A stretch of 64,000 nt of DNA from an uncultured Psychroserpens sp. (lineage in GTDB: Bacteria; Bacteroidota; Bacteroidia; Flavobacteriales; Flavobacteriaceae), in NCBI RefSeq assembly GCF_947500255.1, contig NZ_CANMRL010000009.1, positions 4,692-68,691 of the forward strand, in the 5' to 3' direction. The position numbers and the translations under genes were made by a program. A model generated the notes under the pieces. The model saw only the letters and a list, made by a program, of their open reading frames with translations, did no database searches and was not told the DNA's origin. Each line of letters starts with the position of its first letter. The stretch's first letter is position 1. Shown in pieces: positions 17,827-27,705 of this stretch.

Positions 17827-18702
17827 TTACTCTGATTTTCGTTTGTATAAACCGTCAAAGGCTTTCGTCCATGTTTGCCCTTGATCTGAGCTTGACTCTT
17901 GGACTTGTCTTACCGTATCGTCTTCTTTGTTATAATACCAGATCATTCGAAACCAAACGTTTGGTCCTTTGGCAATCATCAACATATCTCCATCGGTTTC
18001 TGTTTTAGGTTGCTCGTAATGGCTTACACTTCCTGAAGCTACCCAGTTTTGTTTCCATACTTTATCATTACTGTCATAATAGCTTATAGAGTTTCCACCA
18101 TTACTGCCAATAGGTCTCCAATTTTCTAGAATTCCACAGTCGCCATTAGTATTTGTGATGCTACTTTCGGCAATTTTTTGATGTTGAGCATAAACATCCC
18201 ATTCACCTAACCAGAAGTCGAATTGTCTATAACTATCACTAAACTTGCATGGGTTGGCTCGTTTATACATACTTTCTCTTACTTTAATAAAACGTTTGTT
18301 ATCTCTTAAAGCATCAAATTCGGGTTTGTCTAAGCGCTTATAAAAAGCGAATTGCAAGCTATCTAATGTCTCCAATTGTACAAGGGCATTATCAGGTTGA
18401 TTTTCGGCGGTATAACTTATTGCGAGTCTTAAGAAGATGGCTGGTCCTGTAAGTCCGCTTTTCTTTACTGCCTCTAAGTTTTTTATTGCTTTTTTATGCT
18501 GTTTTAGATTTGAGTAGCTGAACCCCATAAAATAGCTGGCCATAGAATCTTTAGGATTTATTTTAAGTTGCTTTTTAGCAGTTGTTATCACCTTCTCATA
18601 ATCTTTATTGTTGAAGTCAGGTTGGTAAGGTGAATTATTTTGGGATATACCGCACTGAGGAATAAAAATAATAAGACATACGGTTATAAGTGCTTTTTTC
18701 AT
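17827..18702 (-). CDS. Secreted TPR protein with DUF1579-like C-terminal domain
   Basis: TPR-like helices, then YRQFDFWLGEWDV...GNSISYYD...WKQNWV. Confidence 0.65.
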   Translation of the reverse strand: MKKALITVCLIIFIPQCGISQNNSPYQPDFNNKDYEKVITTAKKQLKINPKDSMASYFMGFSYSNLKQHKKAIKNLEAVKKSGLTGPAIFLRLAISYTAENQPDNALVQLETLDSLQFAFYKRLDKPEFDALRDNKRFIKVRESMYKRANPCKFSDSYRQFDFWLGEWDVYAQHQKIAESSITNTNGDCGILENWRPIGSNGGNSISYYDSNDKVWKQNWVASGSVSHYEQPKTETDGDMLMIAKGPNVWFRMIWYYNKEDDTVRQVQESSSDQGQTWTKAFDGLYKRKSE

Positions 18703-18708
18703 GATGTT

Positions 18709-19905
18709 TTAGTTTTTGATGACTATTTTTTGAACTTCTTTTTTGTTGTTGGAAATCATATGGACAAAATATACACCGCTGCTGTATGTACTTGGTGTCC
18801 ATTCTAAATTGTTGTCTAATACTATAGTTTCTATAAGCTTTCCAATGGTATTGTAGATATATATCTTGTCTGAAGGCTTAATAATTTCTGGATTAAATTT
18901 AAATTGGTGGCCTACAGTTGGAGTTATGAACGTCTCTTCTCTCGAATTAACTTCTGAAATTGATAATGTTGATGGCATAATATAAAAGGCATTAGGATTT
19001 ATAAGATTAGCTTGAGAAGATGCAGTTGAATCGATAAAGTTTTCAATAAAATTTCCGTCGTTGTCATACATTTTAATCAATCCTGTAAGGCCATTTCCTA
19101 CGAGGAAATTTCCGTTACTTAAAAAGGCCACGCCTTCAGGAGTACTTAAACCACTAACTATTGTGCCTATTAAAAGACCGTTATTATTAAATCGTTTAAT
19201 AGAGTTGTCATTATAGTCAATAACCAATAAATCGCCATTTCCAGATGTGTCAAACCAAATATTTGTAGGTCCAGAAAGTGAAAGTTCACTAATAAAAATA
19301 CCTTCATATACTCCCATGCTGTTGTATTTATACACTTGAGCTGGGATAGCTGGATTACCATTAAAAGGAGGTTGACCATAAGAGCTTACATAGAAATTAT
19401 CGTTCGCATCCCAATCCATACCAATGCTAAGTCTTATTCCTGTATTTGTAAAATTGGATAAAGGTGTTCCGTCTAAAGCAAAACGCAACACATATTCTGG
19501 CACTGATTGATTAAACCATTGAAGTACATATAGTATGTTGTCTTTGATGCGCATTCGAGTTGGTCCACCAATTCCTGTAGCAAAATTACCAACATAGTTC
19601 CCTTCTAAGTCATATTTGGTTATTCTTCCGCTACTAAGATTAGATACCAGTACTCTAAAGCCTTCATTTGGTATTTGAGCAATAACGATATCTTGAGGCC
19701 AAGCAAGTTGTTGATCGGTGAAGATTTCACCATTTTCACCATTGTGATCAAATTTTAAAATTTTATAAGCTGACGTTGAGCTAATTTGAGCAGTTATGTC
19801 GCTAACTAATAAATGAGAACCTTCAGGCAGTTGTGCGAATAGTGTATGTACAAAAAAAAGACATAAGAGTATACATGTACTTGTATTAAGAGTAATTTTT
19901 TTCAT
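18709..19905 (-). CDS. T9SS type-A cargo, NHL/SMP-30-like beta-propeller
   Basis: Repeated GP/P-x-I blades; CTD IYNTIGKLI...SGVYFV...KIVIKN. Confidence 0.8.
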   Translation of the reverse strand: MKKITLNTSTCILLCLFFVHTLFAQLPEGSHLLVSDITAQISSTSAYKILKFDHNGENGEIFTDQQLAWPQDIVIAQIPNEGFRVLVSNLSSGRITKYDLEGNYVGNFATGIGGPTRMRIKDNILYVLQWFNQSVPEYVLRFALDGTPLSNFTNTGIRLSIGMDWDANDNFYVSSYGQPPFNGNPAIPAQVYKYNSMGVYEGIFISELSLSGPTNIWFDTSGNGDLLVIDYNDNSIKRFNNNGLLIGTIVSGLSTPEGVAFLSNGNFLVGNGLTGLIKMYDNDGNFIENFIDSTASSQANLINPNAFYIMPSTLSISEVNSREETFITPTVGHQFKFNPEIIKPSDKIYIYNTIGKLIETIVLDNNLEWTPSTYSSGVYFVHMISNNKKEVQKIVIKN

Positions 19906-19984
19906 AATAGTAGTTTTTTGATTCTACTCAAAAAAAGATGAAAAAAATTTAGATGTCGTATGTAATTATAATTGTTTACTTTTT

Positions 19985-21073
19985 TTAATACATATGAATC
20001 TTTTTGTATTCTGTTGGTGTGCAGTTATGCTTTCCTTTGAATGCCTTATAAAAGGTAACTTTGTTATTAAAGCCTACATCAAAATAAATAGTCTTTACAC
20101 TATAACTATTTGAGGAGGTTAATAGTTTTTCGGCTTCTAATAAGCGGTAATCATTTATAAAGTGATTGAAATTTTTGCCAGATTTTTTATTAATCACTTT
20201 TGAGAGAAGATGCGTAGAGTAACCTACTTGATCTGCAAGGTTTGCTAACCTCAAATCATTATCCGTAAACGGCTTATCGGTTTCAATGTATTGTACTAAA
20301 TTATTATAAAGTTCATTAATGAGATGATCCTCTAAGCTATCTTTTTTGTTTTCTATGGGTAAAAATAAATCCGAAATGAATTCGCCATCAAAAATTTGTG
20401 GTTCCTTATATACAAAATAACCAATAGCGTAAATAGCTAAAGACATGCTTACCGAAATCATATAATCCCATTGGTTATTAAAAAAAGAAAAATTTATCAA
20501 TATGTAATACGAGATATAGGATAGTACAAATAGAGCATAGAGAACAATTAAAACCCTAATCCATTTATGTCTTATTTTTTGAACTTCAGTGTCTGTGGTA
20601 TTATTCTTTTTAAAAAGCCATATAATAGCAAAGAGATAACCAATTAAATGCATAATTATTAGCACATAATTAGAAAAGAACTTCACGATCTCTCTTAAAT
20701 CTAAACGGTATTTAAAAAGATATTGAGACCAAAATATTAAGGTTAAACCAATCCATAAAAAACTAAAACCAAAATGAAAAATAAAGCGTTTAAGTTTTAC
20801 ATTATAAATGTTTGAAACATAAGTGTAAATTAATGGGCCTGCTGAGTAAAGACCTATATACTGGAATGAGTTAAAATAAGGGATTTGATGCGCATATTTA
20901 GTCCAGTAGAGTACATAAGCAAATAGTATTCCCGAAAAGGCCAATACTAAAAAAGCAATTGGATAATTTTTTTTATTTCTTTTAGCTATAAGAATCAAAA
21001 ACAAAAAGATTCCCATTGCTACTGCAAATAAGAATCCTGATGTCCAGGTATCAAAAGAAGGAGTTTGTTGCAT
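19985..21073 (-). CDS. Membrane-anchored AraC-family regulator
   Basis: About 7 N-terminal TMs plus C-terminal HTH (LSKVIN...NFNHFINDYRL, VGFNNKVTFYKAFK). Confidence 0.88.
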   Translation of the reverse strand: MQQTPSFDTWTSGFLFAVAMGIFLFLILIAKRNKKNYPIAFLVLAFSGILFAYVLYWTKYAHQIPYFNSFQYIGLYSAGPLIYTYVSNIYNVKLKRFIFHFGFSFLWIGLTLIFWSQYLFKYRLDLREIVKFFSNYVLIIMHLIGYLFAIIWLFKKNNTTDTEVQKIRHKWIRVLIVLYALFVLSYISYYILINFSFFNNQWDYMISVSMSLAIYAIGYFVYKEPQIFDGEFISDLFLPIENKKDSLEDHLINELYNNLVQYIETDKPFTDNDLRLANLADQVGYSTHLLSKVINKKSGKNFNHFINDYRLLEAEKLLTSSNSYSVKTIYFDVGFNNKVTFYKAFKGKHNCTPTEYKKIHMY

Positions 21074-21137
21074 CTTAAAAGCTAAGGTAAATAATTTGTT
21101 GCGCTTTAAGTTTAGTATTATAAATATTTACTTAAGA

Positions 21138-22034
21138 TCAATGATTGTTAATCCAATTGATCACATAAGGAAATACGAGCACATGAGTCACATTTGGGAC
21201 AGGTTTTTCCCAGCTGCCTCCTGTTTTGCATTTCTTTAACGAATGATTTGCATTTTCGAATAGCTTCCATTCAAAATCTCTATTCCATCTTTTTTTAATA
21301 GCTTTTAAATCAATTACGGATTGATAAACAGGAATGTTTTTATCAAGAGTTCCAAAAACCCAAAGAGAGGGAATGGTCATTTCTTCAATAAATGGATATG
21401 GATCATAGCCAGCCGAATTAAGTTTACTCATTTCAGCTTCTATAAATTCCTTACTGTTTTTTGTAGGTGCCCCATTAGCATCGCCTGTAAGATTACTGTA
21501 AACATTCTCTTCATAAATGCTTACGGTTGGACCAGAATAGATAATACTGAAAGCAAGTTCTTTTTTTAAAATAGAGACCACTATTGGGATAATAAAACCT
21601 GCCTGACTAATTCCCGATACGCCAATTTTCTTAGAATCAAACCTATCATCCAATTTCATTTTGTCAAATGCGGCAATAACGTCAATAGCATAAGTTATCA
21701 TAGAGCTACTGTAACTTCCAATATAGACACCATCAGATTTTCCAACCCCTCTTTTGTCATAAGTTAGAACGGCGATACCATTGGCTGTATAATGTTTAAC
21801 CATTTCAAGTATGAAACTATCATTTCTGTCGGTTTTTCCGCTTCCATGAACTGCAATAATCAAAGGCATTTTTTTAACAGCGTTGTTAGGTATCCATAGA
21901 TCTCCTCTAAGTGTTGCCTCTCTGGTTGATTGAAATTCAATTGCTTCCTTTTTTGCATTAGGAATTTGACCAAAGGCGCTAAATACAACTAAAGTTTGTA
22001 GTATACAGCAGAGTACTTTAAACGTCTTAGTCAT
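21138..22034 (-). CDS. Secreted alpha/beta hydrolase
   Basis: HGSG, YDKRGVGKS, GISQAG nucleophile, GTLD, ANH. Confidence 0.85.
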   Translation of the reverse strand: MTKTFKVLCCILQTLVVFSAFGQIPNAKKEAIEFQSTREATLRGDLWIPNNAVKKMPLIIAVHGSGKTDRNDSFILEMVKHYTANGIAVLTYDKRGVGKSDGVYIGSYSSSMITYAIDVIAAFDKMKLDDRFDSKKIGVSGISQAGFIIPIVVSILKKELAFSIIYSGPTVSIYEENVYSNLTGDANGAPTKNSKEFIEAEMSKLNSAGYDPYPFIEEMTIPSLWVFGTLDKNIPVYQSVIDLKAIKKRWNRDFEWKLFENANHSLKKCKTGGSWEKPVPNVTHVLVFPYVINWINNH

Positions 22035-24156
22035 GTTCTGTTAAGTATTTGGAAATAAAAACAAGTTCTTGGGCTTCTGTATAATTTCTCGCTTCAATTG
22101 TGGTGCCTTTGCCATGACCAGATTGTCTTGAAACTTTAAGAAGTATTGGATTACTACAGTTTTGATTTTGTTGAGCTGCAGCTACAAATTTATAACCATG
22201 GCTAGGAACTGCGGTTTGATCGTTTTCACCAACTTGAACTATAGTAGGCGGTAAGCATTCAATAGAGTTAAGGTTGTGATATGGTGAATATTTTAAAATG
22301 TTAACTAAGTCTTCTTCAACATTAGGATTCCCAAATTCGTTCATTTTAGTTTTTCCACCAGTAAATAGATGAAATCTCGTCAGGTCTAAGGTTGGTACGC
22401 TTATAAGTGCTGCGCCATATAAATCTGGACGTTGCATAACACTTGCTATTGCTGTACTACCACTTGCACTAATTCCGTTAGCAGCAATCATTTTACGTGA
22501 TGTATAGTTGTTATCTATAAGCCATTCTGCTGCTGAATTAAAATCGTCAAAAGCATTTTGTTTATGTTGTTTTATACCTCCTTGATGCCATGACTCACCA
22601 TATTCGCCACCTCCTCTAATATTGGCATAGGCATAAATCCCTCCCATATTCAACCATTGTAGAATTTGAGGCGAGTATCCAGGAAAACCAATAGAACCAT
22701 AGGCACCATAGCCAAATAATAGAACTTTGTTTTTAGAGTTTAATTCTATCCCTTTTTTATGAGTGAGATACATAGGAACTGTAGTGCCATCTTTACTTTT
22801 GTAAAACACTTGCTTTAGCTCATAGGTCTCATTCAAATTATCTTTAAATCCTTGATATATTAATTCGCTAGTATATGTTTCGCTGTTTATTTTATAGATT
22901 TCAACAGGAAAAAACGGTCCAAAAATGCCTATAAAAGTTTCTGGAGATTCAATATGATCTGGGTAAAATACAATATAGCCAAGTTTAGGTAAATTGATCT
23001 GATTTTTAAAATTTCCATCGAAATCATACACATGTAATTCTTGATGTGCATCTATAATATATTTTATCACAAAACGCTTACCAACTCTATTTACAGTATT
23101 CATTGGGTGTTTACCTTCTTTTATTGTAGTTTTCCAATGCTCTGGAGAAGGGTTTTCAATATTGATCTTGATTATTTTTTTATTTGGGGATTGTAAATTT
23201 GTACTGAAATACCAATTCGTGCCTTCTGATGCTTCAAATGTAAATCGAGCCATAGTATCACCAAGAAGTTTTGTTGGCGTACTTTTTAAATGAGTTACTT
23301 TTTTGTAATATATATCATTTCCTGGTGAATCGGAGTTTACAACTTTAATTATAATGTATTGCTGGTCATTACTTAAGTAAGGAATAAAATAATTATCTGG
23401 TTTGTTAGGCTGATTAAACACCAAAATATCTTCTTGCGAAGAAGTATATAATTGATGAAACATAATTCTTGCATTTGAAAGCGTAGAGGATAATTCATTT
23501 TCAACGTTTGGTGCGTCAAATTTTAAATAGAAAAAACCACTACTGTCAGCATTCCAAAGCACATTTCCGGAAGGCCCTATAGTTTGTATCCCGTTTATCT
23601 CTTCTTTCAGATACGTATTAGTTTCAATATTTTTAATTCTTATGTTATGCCAAGAAGAGCTTCCTTTACTGGGTAATATGGCAAGATATTTACCATTATC
23701 GCTAACGTCGTGAAATCCTAAAAAAGACTCATTGTCTTTGAGCTCTTTCTCTGGATTGAATATGATATCTCCTTTATCATTTAAGTCCTTTTTTCTAATA
23801 ATGATCTCTGATTTTCGTTCAGGATCTTTTCTTCTATAGAAAAAATAGCCTCCTTTTTGAAAAACAGGTTCATGCCAAGTGAAATTTTGATAGGCCGCCA
23901 TTCTGTTATAAACAGAATCAACTTTATTTTTATCTGCCAAGAATTGAGTATTGTAGAATGCTTCTTGATTGTCAATCCATGTTTTAGTGTCTTGATCATT
24001 TAAATCTTCTAACCACCTATAGTTATCTGTTATTACTTGGTCAAAAAGTGTATCGTTAATTGGTGTTTTGTAACTCTCGGGATATTGAGGACTAGGAAGG
24101 CTTTTTTGACAAGACACGATAACGATTAGATAAAAAATAAGAGTTAAGTGTTTCAT
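22027..24156 (-). CDS. Prolyl oligopeptidase family S9A lipoprotein (divergent)
   Basis: DNYRWLED, beta-propeller, ANIRGGGEYG, GISASG, END, SGHG; start probably MKHLTL (24156; track starts at 24198); IVSC lipobox. Confidence 0.88.
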   Translation of the reverse strand: MKHLTLIFYLIVIVSCQKSLPSPQYPESYKTPINDTLFDQVITDNYRWLEDLNDQDTKTWIDNQEAFYNTQFLADKNKVDSVYNRMAAYQNFTWHEPVFQKGGYFFYRRKDPERKSEIIIRKKDLNDKGDIIFNPEKELKDNESFLGFHDVSDNGKYLAILPSKGSSSWHNIRIKNIETNTYLKEEINGIQTIGPSGNVLWNADSSGFFYLKFDAPNVENELSSTLSNARIMFHQLYTSSQEDILVFNQPNKPDNYFIPYLSNDQQYIIIKVVNSDSPGNDIYYKKVTHLKSTPTKLLGDTMARFTFEASEGTNWYFSTNLQSPNKKIIKINIENPSPEHWKTTIKEGKHPMNTVNRVGKRFVIKYIIDAHQELHVYDFDGNFKNQINLPKLGYIVFYPDHIESPETFIGIFGPFFPVEIYKINSETYTSELIYQGFKDNLNETYELKQVFYKSKDGTTVPMYLTHKKGIELNSKNKVLLFGYGAYGSIGFPGYSPQILQWLNMGGIYAYANIRGGGEYGESWHQGGIKQHKQNAFDDFNSAAEWLIDNNYTSRKMIAANGISASGSTAIASVMQRPDLYGAALISVPTLDLTRFHLFTGGKTKMNEFGNPNVEEDLVNILKYSPYHNLNSIECLPPTIVQVGENDQTAVPSHGYKFVAAAQQNQNCSNPILLKVSRQSGHGKGTTIEARNYTEAQELVFISKYLTEHD

Positions 24157-24203
24157 TTTTTTACTATTAAGTTTTAATTTAAACTCATTTGTATGCACTG
24201 TAA

Positions 24204-26135
24204 TTAGTTTTTGTCTAAGGCCATAACTGAGTCTAATGGTATTGTGTATAAATCTACATTGTTGTTATTCATTTCTATTTGGAAGTTGCTATGTCTATTG
24301 CTGGCAAAGTATAACATGTTGTTGTGAATTTTTGGTGACAAGTCGCTACCACCAGAATTAAGAGCATTTAAATGTTGTGATTTTGACCATTTATTATTTT
24401 TAAAATAGCTGATATATAAATCGCCATCATGTGTTATATTTTGGTCTCTTCCGCTGGCTTCATAAATAAAGAAATCACCATTGGGAGAAATACAACCTCC
24501 CCATTCACCAGTATTTGTATTTATATTGGAACCCAAATTGATCGGAGTTTGATAGGTGTTATTCTCTAAGTAAGAAACCCAGATATCACCAGATCCCAAA
24601 CCGCCTTCGCGATATGAGCTAAAATAAAGATTCCCATATTTGTCTAAAGTTGGGCTATACTCTGATTTTTCAGAATTATAAATTGACAGGTACTTTGGAG
24701 CACCCCATGTATTATTTTCTTTTTCAACATACCAAATGTCTCTGTCTTGCTTTTCCGTATCTCCGCTAATTGGGCGGTTTGAAGTAAAATAGATTCTTTT
24801 CCCATTTGGTGTTACAAAGGGAGATGAGTCGGAATAGGAGCCGGAAAAACTGGCTATTTGAGGCTTGGACCAATTTCCATTTATATTAATAGATTTATAA
24901 ATTGTACTTTTTTGATTGTTCGCATAAAAAGAATCTTTTTTTGCAAAATAGAGTTCACGATTATTAGGTGTAAGAGTGGCTGAAATTTCGACATGCGTTG
25001 AAAGAATGCTTTCTGCAAAAAGTTTTGGTGTTATGACGTCATGAATTTCTGGTTGAAAATAGCGGGTATAGAGATTGAAAATGTAATTTCCTTTTTGTAA
25101 ATCCCAGGCGGTTATAACAGCAACTATTTTATGCTTTGGGTCTATGATAATATATTGCCCTCCATCTCCTCTGGCTAAATAGATATCGCTGTTGGTTTCG
25201 GGATTGTTTCCACTAGCTTTAGGAGTGTTCCACCAAAAGTATCCATAACCAAAGCGATAAAATCTATTGTCACGATGGTTTTCAGTTATAGGTGTTTTAG
25301 CGGCTTTTTTTGTCCAAGTTGTGGGTAAAATTTGCTTGTTATTCCAACGGCCATTATTTAGGTATAGTTGACCTATTTTAAGCATATCCCTTGATGTTAA
25401 AAATAATAATGCTAGACCATTGTTTTTCGGACCATCATTACCTTGCCAAAAACGATATGAATTAATTTCTAAAGGTTTAAACAAATATCTTTTTGCAAAA
25501 CTGTCTATAGACATTTTAGACGCTTCTTGAATAATTCCTGATGTTAATACTGGTGCGGCATTACTGTAATTGAATAATGTACCCGGCTCACATTCCATTG
25601 GTGTACTTAATATGGATGTATACCAGTCGCCCTGTGTAGCCAATAGTTTACGCCAAGTATTATCAGGGGAGTTCCAAGGTGCTTCTTGCCACTTTAAGCC
25701 ATGTTGTTGGGTTAATAGATCTTCAATAGTCATGTCCTCTTTCCATGTATTAATGTTTTCTATAGGTTTATGTTCATAAAAAGAAAGCACTTTCTGATTT
25801 ACATCTTGTATATATCCTTCTTGAATAGCAATTCCCATTAGTGTAGCAATAACACTTTTTGTTGCCGATTGCATCATATGTAGAGAATCTTTTGTCCAAC
25901 CGTTAAAGTACTTTTCAAAAATGAGTTCGTTGTTTTGCATAATTAGTACACTATGAATAGTGCCGTAAGTACTATCACTAATTGCTTTTAAACCGTCATT
26001 CAGCCTGGCTTTGTTTTGATTGAGGTAATTAAGTTTGTTGTTTTCAGTTTTGGTAGTATTACAGCCAAGGATAATTGCAACCAGTGATGCCATAAAAACG
26101 GCTTTTAGACTGTAGATGTTTATTTTGGTTGCCAT
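24204..26135 (-). CDS. AmpC-like serine hydrolase fused to PD40/TolB-like repeats, lipoprotein
   Basis: SATK, YSN, ARGDGGQ; C-terminal SPFVTPNGKRIYFTSNRP-type repeats; ILGC lipobox; ATG at 26135. Confidence 0.85.
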   Translation of the reverse strand: MATKINIYSLKAVFMASLVAIILGCNTTKTENNKLNYLNQNKARLNDGLKAISDSTYGTIHSVLIMQNNELIFEKYFNGWTKDSLHMMQSATKSVIATLMGIAIQEGYIQDVNQKVLSFYEHKPIENINTWKEDMTIEDLLTQQHGLKWQEAPWNSPDNTWRKLLATQGDWYTSILSTPMECEPGTLFNYSNAAPVLTSGIIQEASKMSIDSFAKRYLFKPLEINSYRFWQGNDGPKNNGLALLFLTSRDMLKIGQLYLNNGRWNNKQILPTTWTKKAAKTPITENHRDNRFYRFGYGYFWWNTPKASGNNPETNSDIYLARGDGGQYIIIDPKHKIVAVITAWDLQKGNYIFNLYTRYFQPEIHDVITPKLFAESILSTHVEISATLTPNNRELYFAKKDSFYANNQKSTIYKSININGNWSKPQIASFSGSYSDSSPFVTPNGKRIYFTSNRPISGDTEKQDRDIWYVEKENNTWGAPKYLSIYNSEKSEYSPTLDKYGNLYFSSYREGGLGSGDIWVSYLENNTYQTPINLGSNINTNTGEWGGCISPNGDFFIYEASGRDQNITHDGDLYISYFKNNKWSKSQHLNALNSGGSDLSPKIHNNMLYFASNRHSNFQIEMNNNNVDLYTIPLDSVMALDKN

Positions 26136-26144
26136 CCTGTTCAA

Positions 26145-26897
26145 TTATTTAAGTGATTCAATATTCCAAATTGTAGTTTGACCATTATCTTGTTCGAACA
26201 TCACTTTTACAATATAAGGTTTTGATGTAGAAAGCCAATAAGTGGTTTGAGTATTTCCATTATTAAGCACTTCTATCTTTTTTGTATTTACTTTTCCAAT
26301 TTGCTTTATGTCTAGCACTTCTGTATCAATGATTTTGAAGGATTTTACACCAAGTTTAGGGTTTTTTGGAAGCCCTTGAATGACTTGCATTGAAAATGTA
26401 CCTTCAATATTGCGGTTAAGGATGCTTGTTAATGCAAAGCCATCAGAAGACCAAGTGAAACCACTATCGTTAAGCGTGTTTATGGACAGTTTTGAGTTGC
26501 TGGTACTATTAGTTAATGATGTGGTGATGTATGTGTTATCAATTATATCAGTGTGTTGAACATATTCTGGATTCCACCTAATATCAATTGATAAGGGTTT
26601 AAGAGTAGACTGTTTTAGTACATCTGTTTTAGTATATGTATTATTTGATGTATCTACCCAATACATAGATCTAGTGATACTGTCATTACTAACAATGACT
26701 TTATCTGTCATTGTATTGATGCCTTTTCTTTTAGTACCATTAGGCTCTATTACTGTTTGCGACCAAACTAGTGTATAGGATTCAATTTCAACATTGGTTT
26801 GCGATGGTTTTATAATACTATCGGTTTGGGCAATACTCGTAAAGCTTATTAATAAGCAACTTATAGAGTTAATGAATGTTCTAAAATGATTCATCAT
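26145..26897 (-). CDS. Secreted beta-rich hypothetical protein (DUF3108-like, tentative)
   Basis: Signal peptide; TTYWLSTSKPYIVK C-terminus. Confidence 0.6.
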   Translation of the reverse strand: MMNHFRTFINSISCLLISFTSIAQTDSIIKPSQTNVEIESYTLVWSQTVIEPNGTKRKGINTMTDKVIVSNDSITRSMYWVDTSNNTYTKTDVLKQSTLKPLSIDIRWNPEYVQHTDIIDNTYITTSLTNSTSNSKLSINTLNDSGFTWSSDGFALTSILNRNIEGTFSMQVIQGLPKNPKLGVKSFKIIDTEVLDIKQIGKVNTKKIEVLNNGNTQTTYWLSTSKPYIVKVMFEQDNGQTTIWNIESLK

Positions 26898-26900
26898 GAT

Positions 26901-27473
26901 TTAGTCTTCACTTCTCGTGCATTCGATTTTCCATGTTGGATAAACAATTTTTTCGGTCGTATCTACCCATTCTCCTACCCATTTATAACCAGTTTTACTC
27001 ATGTCATAGAAAGTAAGTCTATAAAATCCATCCATACCGTTCGGAGCTTTTGCTTCGCGATACAAGATGATTTTATTGTCTTCTGTTTTATTTCCTTCCC
27101 AAGTTGGTAACGATGTTGTAGGAAACTTAGTAGAGAAAAAATGTACATACCATCTGCTACTATCTTTAACGAATTGTCTAATGCTACCTGTATGGGCGCC
27201 ATCAGCTTTTAAGGTTTCATCTTGCACAGCTGTACCGTTCATAATATATTTCCATCGCCAAATCATATCTTCGGTATCGTTCCAAGCACCATCTTGTTTT
27301 CTCGTTGTTGATTTGCAATTACAGGAGCCAATCATAGCTTCAAAATCTTTGACCTGTTCTGGAGCTTCAGGGTTTGGTTGTCCGTAAGGATGTTTTTCCG
27401 AAGCATCATATTCATATTGTGCATGAACTGTGATGGTAAATACAAAAATTAAACTGTAAGCTAGATATTTCAT
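26901..27473 (-). CDS. Secreted hypothetical protein (DUF1579-like, tentative)
   Basis: Signal peptide; FEAMIGSCNC...WKYIMNGTAVQD...YRLTFYD..KTGYKW. Confidence 0.6.
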   Translation of the reverse strand: MKYLAYSLIFVFTITVHAQYEYDASEKHPYGQPNPEAPEQVKDFEAMIGSCNCKSTTRKQDGAWNDTEDMIWRWKYIMNGTAVQDETLKADGAHTGSIRQFVKDSSRWYVHFFSTKFPTTSLPTWEGNKTEDNKIILYREAKAPNGMDGFYRLTFYDMSKTGYKWVGEWVDTTEKIVYPTWKIECTRSED

Positions 27474-27655
27474 AGTATAAAGTGTTAGTTATTAATGTCT
27501 ATCTGAGCCTTCTCACTATCCTTTGTCTTAATAAAGTTAGTTAGTCATGTGATATAGACCCAGAGAGACTAATTCAAAAAATCAATTGAACTCAATATCT
27601 AATATTGAAAATCAACCTATCTCAAAGCAATGAAAAAAGATAGTGGGTTGTTAAG

Positions 27656-27685
27656 TAATTGCAGAGAGTTGTATCTAATTTGCAG
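27656..27685. promoter_or_regulatory. Candidate LytTR direct-repeat site
   Basis: TAATTGCAG and TAATTTGCAG, 21-bp period, upstream of the minus-strand cluster. Confidence 0.4.
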
Positions 27686-27705
27686 TAAACAGAGTTAACA
27701 AAATG

